IMG/VR virus record: IMGVR_UViG_3300045988_042917
Span: 1-42,800 of that record
Strand: one strand, 5' to 3'
DNA: 42,800 bases
From: a virus
Part shown: in pieces, positions 40,146 to 42,800 of the stretch
How positions within the stretch are numbered: position 1 is the stretch's first letter
Layout: each line of letters opens with the position of its first letter
Notes under the pieces: model-generated
The model's input: only the letters and a program-made list of their open reading frames with translations
What the model was told of the DNA's origin: nothing
The model's database searches: none
Made by a program: the position numbers and the translations under genes

Positions 40146-40492
40146 TATTGATTCTCCCTTCTTTTTCCCTCTGCGCAATAGAAATTCGGCGGTACTTCAC
40201 AATCAGCACAAACACCGTGCGAACAGCACAGATAACTTATTTCGTCGTAGCTGTATTCGCAGTCTTTACACCGCACCACCGGCGCATAATCCATCTGCAC
40301 CGCCATGCGCTTGAATTCGCTTTTTGTCGGTTCGTGAATATAAATAGGCTCGACAGCAGGCGCACACTTAATGCGCTCGATAATTTTGTGAGCGCCTCGC
40401 ATTTCTGCGCTCGTTATTTTTTCTCTTGCCGTATATACCACCGATTGTTCGATGTCTTGTAACAGCGCTTCACGCTCTATGTATTCAGCCAT
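40145..40492 (-). CDS. Conserved phage hypothetical protein (115 aa) with a C-terminal Cys cluster
   Basis: I chose the ATG at 40492. MAEYIEREALLQDI...VVRCKDCEYS...CCSHGVCADCEV is a pattern common in phage early genes. Confidence 0.5.
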   Translation of the reverse strand: MAEYIEREALLQDIEQSVVYTAREKITSAEMRGAHKIIERIKCAPAVEPIYIHEPTKSEFKRMAVQMDYAPVVRCKDCEYSYDEISYLCCSHGVCADCEVPPNFYCAEGKRRENQ

Positions 40493-40760
40493 CTTCGCTC
40501 TCCTCGATCTCGAAGCCGAGCCACTTGAAAAGCTCCTCAAACTCCTCGTCCGTGCACTCAGGATACAAAGCATATATTCCTACCACCGAATACACAAAGT
40601 CTGCAAATGCTGACCACGCATCATTCTTTCCGTAGGCTTGTGTTGCAAGTTTTCTCGCTGTCTCATTTTTTACAAACAATAACTCTACATCGCCGGTTCT
40701 TGCATATCCCCGAACAATCCTTGCAAGCTCGCGCAATGTGCTCCTCTTTATCGTTTTCAT
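40485..40760 (-). CDS. Hypothetical protein (91 aa)
   Basis: It is an ORF in the early operon. No family was recognised. Confidence 0.5.
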   Translation of the reverse strand: MKTIKRSTLRELARIVRGYARTGDVELLFVKNETARKLATQAYGKNDAWSAFADFVYSVVGIYALYPECTDEEFEELFKWLGFEIEESEDG

Positions 40761-40763
40761 TTT

Positions 40764-41099
40764 TTACTTCTCCTTCGGCGCATCCGGCAGCGGCATCCAG
40801 TGACTTACTTTTACTTCTAAGCCCCTTAAAAGCCAACTTTCTTTGTCATCGTTATATACCCCGACATCTGCTGCTTTTAAATAGGGCATATAAATCAGAT
40901 AGTTGATATAGGTGTTATCGCCGTAGTCAATCCATTCCTCGGGCAACTTCTCGCTGCACGGAATCCACTGCATTTTAAGTCGGCTTCGTAAACGCTCGAT
41001 TTCTTTGCCTGTCCATTCAAGCTCCGCTCTCAGCGCCTCGTTTTCGCGTCGTAGATTTTGGATTAAAAGATCAGTATCAGTCATATTGTTCCTCCCCAT
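40764..41099 (-). CDS. DUF551-like protein
   Basis: WIPCSEKLPEE...VSHWMPLPDAP matches the DUF551 pattern (W....e.LP...HWmPLP.pP). Confidence 0.6.
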   Translation of the reverse strand: MGRNNMTDTDLLIQNLRRENEALRAELEWTGKEIERLRSRLKMQWIPCSEKLPEEWIDYGDNTYINYLIYMPYLKAADVGVYNDDKESWLLRGLEVKVSHWMPLPDAPKEK

Positions 41100-41755
41100 T
41101 GTTCGGCCATAGCCTTTGCTATGCCGGGGCTAAATTTACTCCTTGCTCGCGCCGCTCCTCCCACTCGGCTTACCCCTGCCTTGTCAGGGTTTCCTTTGTT
41201 TGCGCTCGTTCCGCACGAAACCAACGGCTTGTATTCGGTTAAAATTTCTGTCGGTACTAACGGTGTTACGCCGAATTCCCAAAGCAAAGTCTTCTTGGAA
41301 AAAGGATCACCGTATTCATACGGCTGTACAATCTGCGTAGGCTCTGGCATTTCGTATACGCGCGACGGAACGGGGTTTTCGATGACGATTTTGCCGACGC
41401 CATAGTACCCGTAATAATAAAAATGCATGAAGAACAGTTTACCTTTTAAGCCGTTAGAAAATCGCTTATAATCGAGCTCGCCTTTATGCGGATATAGGCG
41501 GCAAGCTCCAGCGTTAGACACGAACTGACATGGCGGGTGAACTATCACCAAATCCCACTTGCCTATATAATGTTCAACGCCGTCCATCGTGATTATCACG
41601 CCGCCTTTTAAGGCTTCTATCGCGTCGCCGAGGATGTGCCACTCAGGATGCCCGCCCGACGGCTCGATTATGTCGCAGCTGTACGCCTCGTGCCCCTTTG
41701 CGCGGAAAGCCTTGCACACCGTCTGGCTCTCCTCACAGGCTATAAGAACTTTCAT
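41081..41755 (-). CDS. DNA (cytosine-5) methyltransferase-like protein (compact phage family)
   Basis: VIVHPPCQFVSNAG (motif IV PCQ-like) and VIENPVPS (motif VI ENV-like) are present, and the N-terminus is MKVLIACEESQTV. There is no classical FxGxG motif, so catalytic status is uncertain. Confidence 0.5.
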   Translation of the reverse strand: MKVLIACEESQTVCKAFRAKGHEAYSCDIIEPSGGHPEWHILGDAIEALKGGVIITMDGVEHYIGKWDLVIVHPPCQFVSNAGACRLYPHKGELDYKRFSNGLKGKLFFMHFYYYGYYGVGKIVIENPVPSRVYEMPEPTQIVQPYEYGDPFSKKTLLWEFGVTPLVPTEILTEYKPLVSCGTSANKGNPDKAGVSRVGGAARARSKFSPGIAKAMAEQWGGTI

Positions 41756-42274
41756 TCAGTACACACTCCTAAACACATTCTCTGAGCCGTCGCCGGTGAA
41801 CCAGCAGTATGTATCAGGCAGCTCCCTTGCCACATCCGCGCCCTGCTTCTCCATGCTCCAGCGCGTGAGCACGTCCAGCGCCACAGCGTACAGGTTGTCC
41901 CATACGGGGAAATCGGGGCTATAGCCGTAAAACTGCCCCGGCGCGGACACAACGCCTATGATGGTATCGGGAAAGCGCGGATCGTCCACGCGATTTAACA
42001 CGCACCATACGCATTGCTGCTGATTTACCAGGGGGCAGCCACGAGCCTCGCCGTATAGCATCCGGGCAAGGGCTATCACGTCGGCCTCGGTAAAGTACAT
42101 CTCGTACTCAGGCTCTGCCACTTCCACTACGCACAATCCGTCCGTATCAACCTCAGGCGGTACACCGTCCGCGTCGGCTTTGCTGCCCCCTTTATCAAGG
42201 GCAAGCAGTATCATGACTATCAGCGCCAGCAGAATCGCGCACACCTGCGCTATGATGATCGTGTGCTTATTCAT
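41756..42274 (-). CDS. SleB/CwlJ-family (Hydrolase_2) cell wall hydrolase with an N-terminal TM anchor
   Basis: The TM segment is IIIAQVCAILLALIVMILLAL. ALARMLYGEARGCPLVNQQQCVWCVLNRVDDPRFPDTIIGVVSAPGQF matches the SleB-type motif (EArge...Q.aVa.VvlNRv....fP.ti..Vv..pgQF). Confidence 0.7.
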   Translation of the reverse strand: MNKHTIIIAQVCAILLALIVMILLALDKGGSKADADGVPPEVDTDGLCVVEVAEPEYEMYFTEADVIALARMLYGEARGCPLVNQQQCVWCVLNRVDDPRFPDTIIGVVSAPGQFYGYSPDFPVWDNLYAVALDVLTRWSMEKQGADVARELPDTYCWFTGDGSENVFRSVY

Positions 42275-42800
42275 CGTCCACCTCGATAAATTCGCCGCCT
42301 GAGAGTTTATACCATGTATCAGCCTTTATTATTTCGCCGTCAATCTGTGCTGATTTAACGCAAACCGGGATATAGCGCTGTTTATCGTTATCGTATACCC
42401 ACTCCGCAAGCGTAATCCAGTTGCCGACTGCACCTTTTATAACGCTGCCGATGCCAACAGCAGCGCCTACGCTGTCGTTGCCCGAAATATCAATCTTCGC
42501 GTAATTGCCTGAGCTGCCTATCTGCGCGACGTCGCCTGAGCTGCCTATCTGCGCGGAGTTGCCTGAGCTGCCTATCTGCGCGACGTCGCCTGAGCTGCCT
42601 ATCTGCGCGGAGTTGCCTGAGCTGCCTATCTGCGCGGCGTCGCCTGAGCTGCCTATCTGCGCGGAGTTGCCTGAGCTGCCTATCTGCGCGACGTCGCCTG
42701 AGCTGCCTATCTGCGCGGAGTTGCCTGAGCTGCCTATCTGCGCGGCGTCGCCTGAGCTGCCTATCTGCGCGGAGTTGCCTGAGCTGCCTATCTGCGCGGC
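42268..42800 (-). CDS. C-terminal part of the nonapeptide-repeat protein. It enters from the right edge and is probably the same gene as 1..896.
   Basis: The minus-strand frame is open from 42800. It reads ...NSAQIGSSGDVAQIGSSGNYAKIDISGNDSVGAAVGIGSVIKGAVGNWITLAEWVYDNDKQRYIPVCVKSAQIDGEIIKADTWYKLSGGEFIEVDDE, then TAA at 42268-42270, which overlaps the ATG of the next gene. Confidence 0.8.
42480..42800 (-). repeat. 27-bp tandem repeat array (about 12 units), the same family as 1..524, running off the right edge
   Basis: Read directly: the units match those at the left end, and the first unit (42480-42506) is degenerate. Confidence 0.95.

Overview
The window looks like an essentially complete, circularly permuted genome (about 42.8 kb) of a temperate phage of a Gram-positive, probably Clostridia-like, host. 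It is not a chromosomal segment. It begins and ends inside the same 27-bp tandem repeat array, so one gene is split across the window edges. The integrase/attP region is internal and has phage genes on both sides.

Almost all genes are on the minus strand. In transcription order they are:
- Cro-like gene (5505).
- Recombination/replication module (4454 to 893): Gp157-like, ERF annealase, NinB-like, SSB, replisome organizer.
- The split nonapeptide-repeat gene (896 to 1, continuing 42800 to 42268).
- An early block of small, often Cys-rich proteins (42274 to 36785). It includes a SleB-like hydrolase, a C5-MTase-like protein, a dNTP pyrophosphohydrolase-like protein and DUF4406/DUF551-like proteins.
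- Packaging and head genes: TerS/TerL, portal, a phage-encoded Prp-like protease, scaffold and major capsid.
- A tail module with no recognisable tube, sheath or tape-measure chaperone, so podovirus-like. It includes a 2430-aa polyvalent-type giant protein with two HExxH motifs, and two fibre proteins.
- Lysis cassette: CHAP endolysin and LC3-type holin, followed by a translationally coupled sigma-region-4-like HTH gene.
- A terminator-delimited seven-gene island of unknown function (12257 to 9384) that abuts attP.

The plus strand carries the lysogeny module: CI-like HTH repressor, a membrane-anchored XRE protein and a tyrosine integrase.

Most notable observations:
- The repeat protein has variable di-residues in each repeat.
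- The orphan island sits between lysis and attP.
- The Prp protease comes with matching cleavage motifs on scaffold and capsid.
- A tRNA-like element lacking an anticodon arm lies inside the head operon.
- The lysis/lysogeny switch has face-to-face promoters.
- attP carries a tRNA 3' fragment flanked by 21-bp direct repeats.

All family assignments are from reading the translated ORFs by eye and from memory of family motifs. No database search was run.
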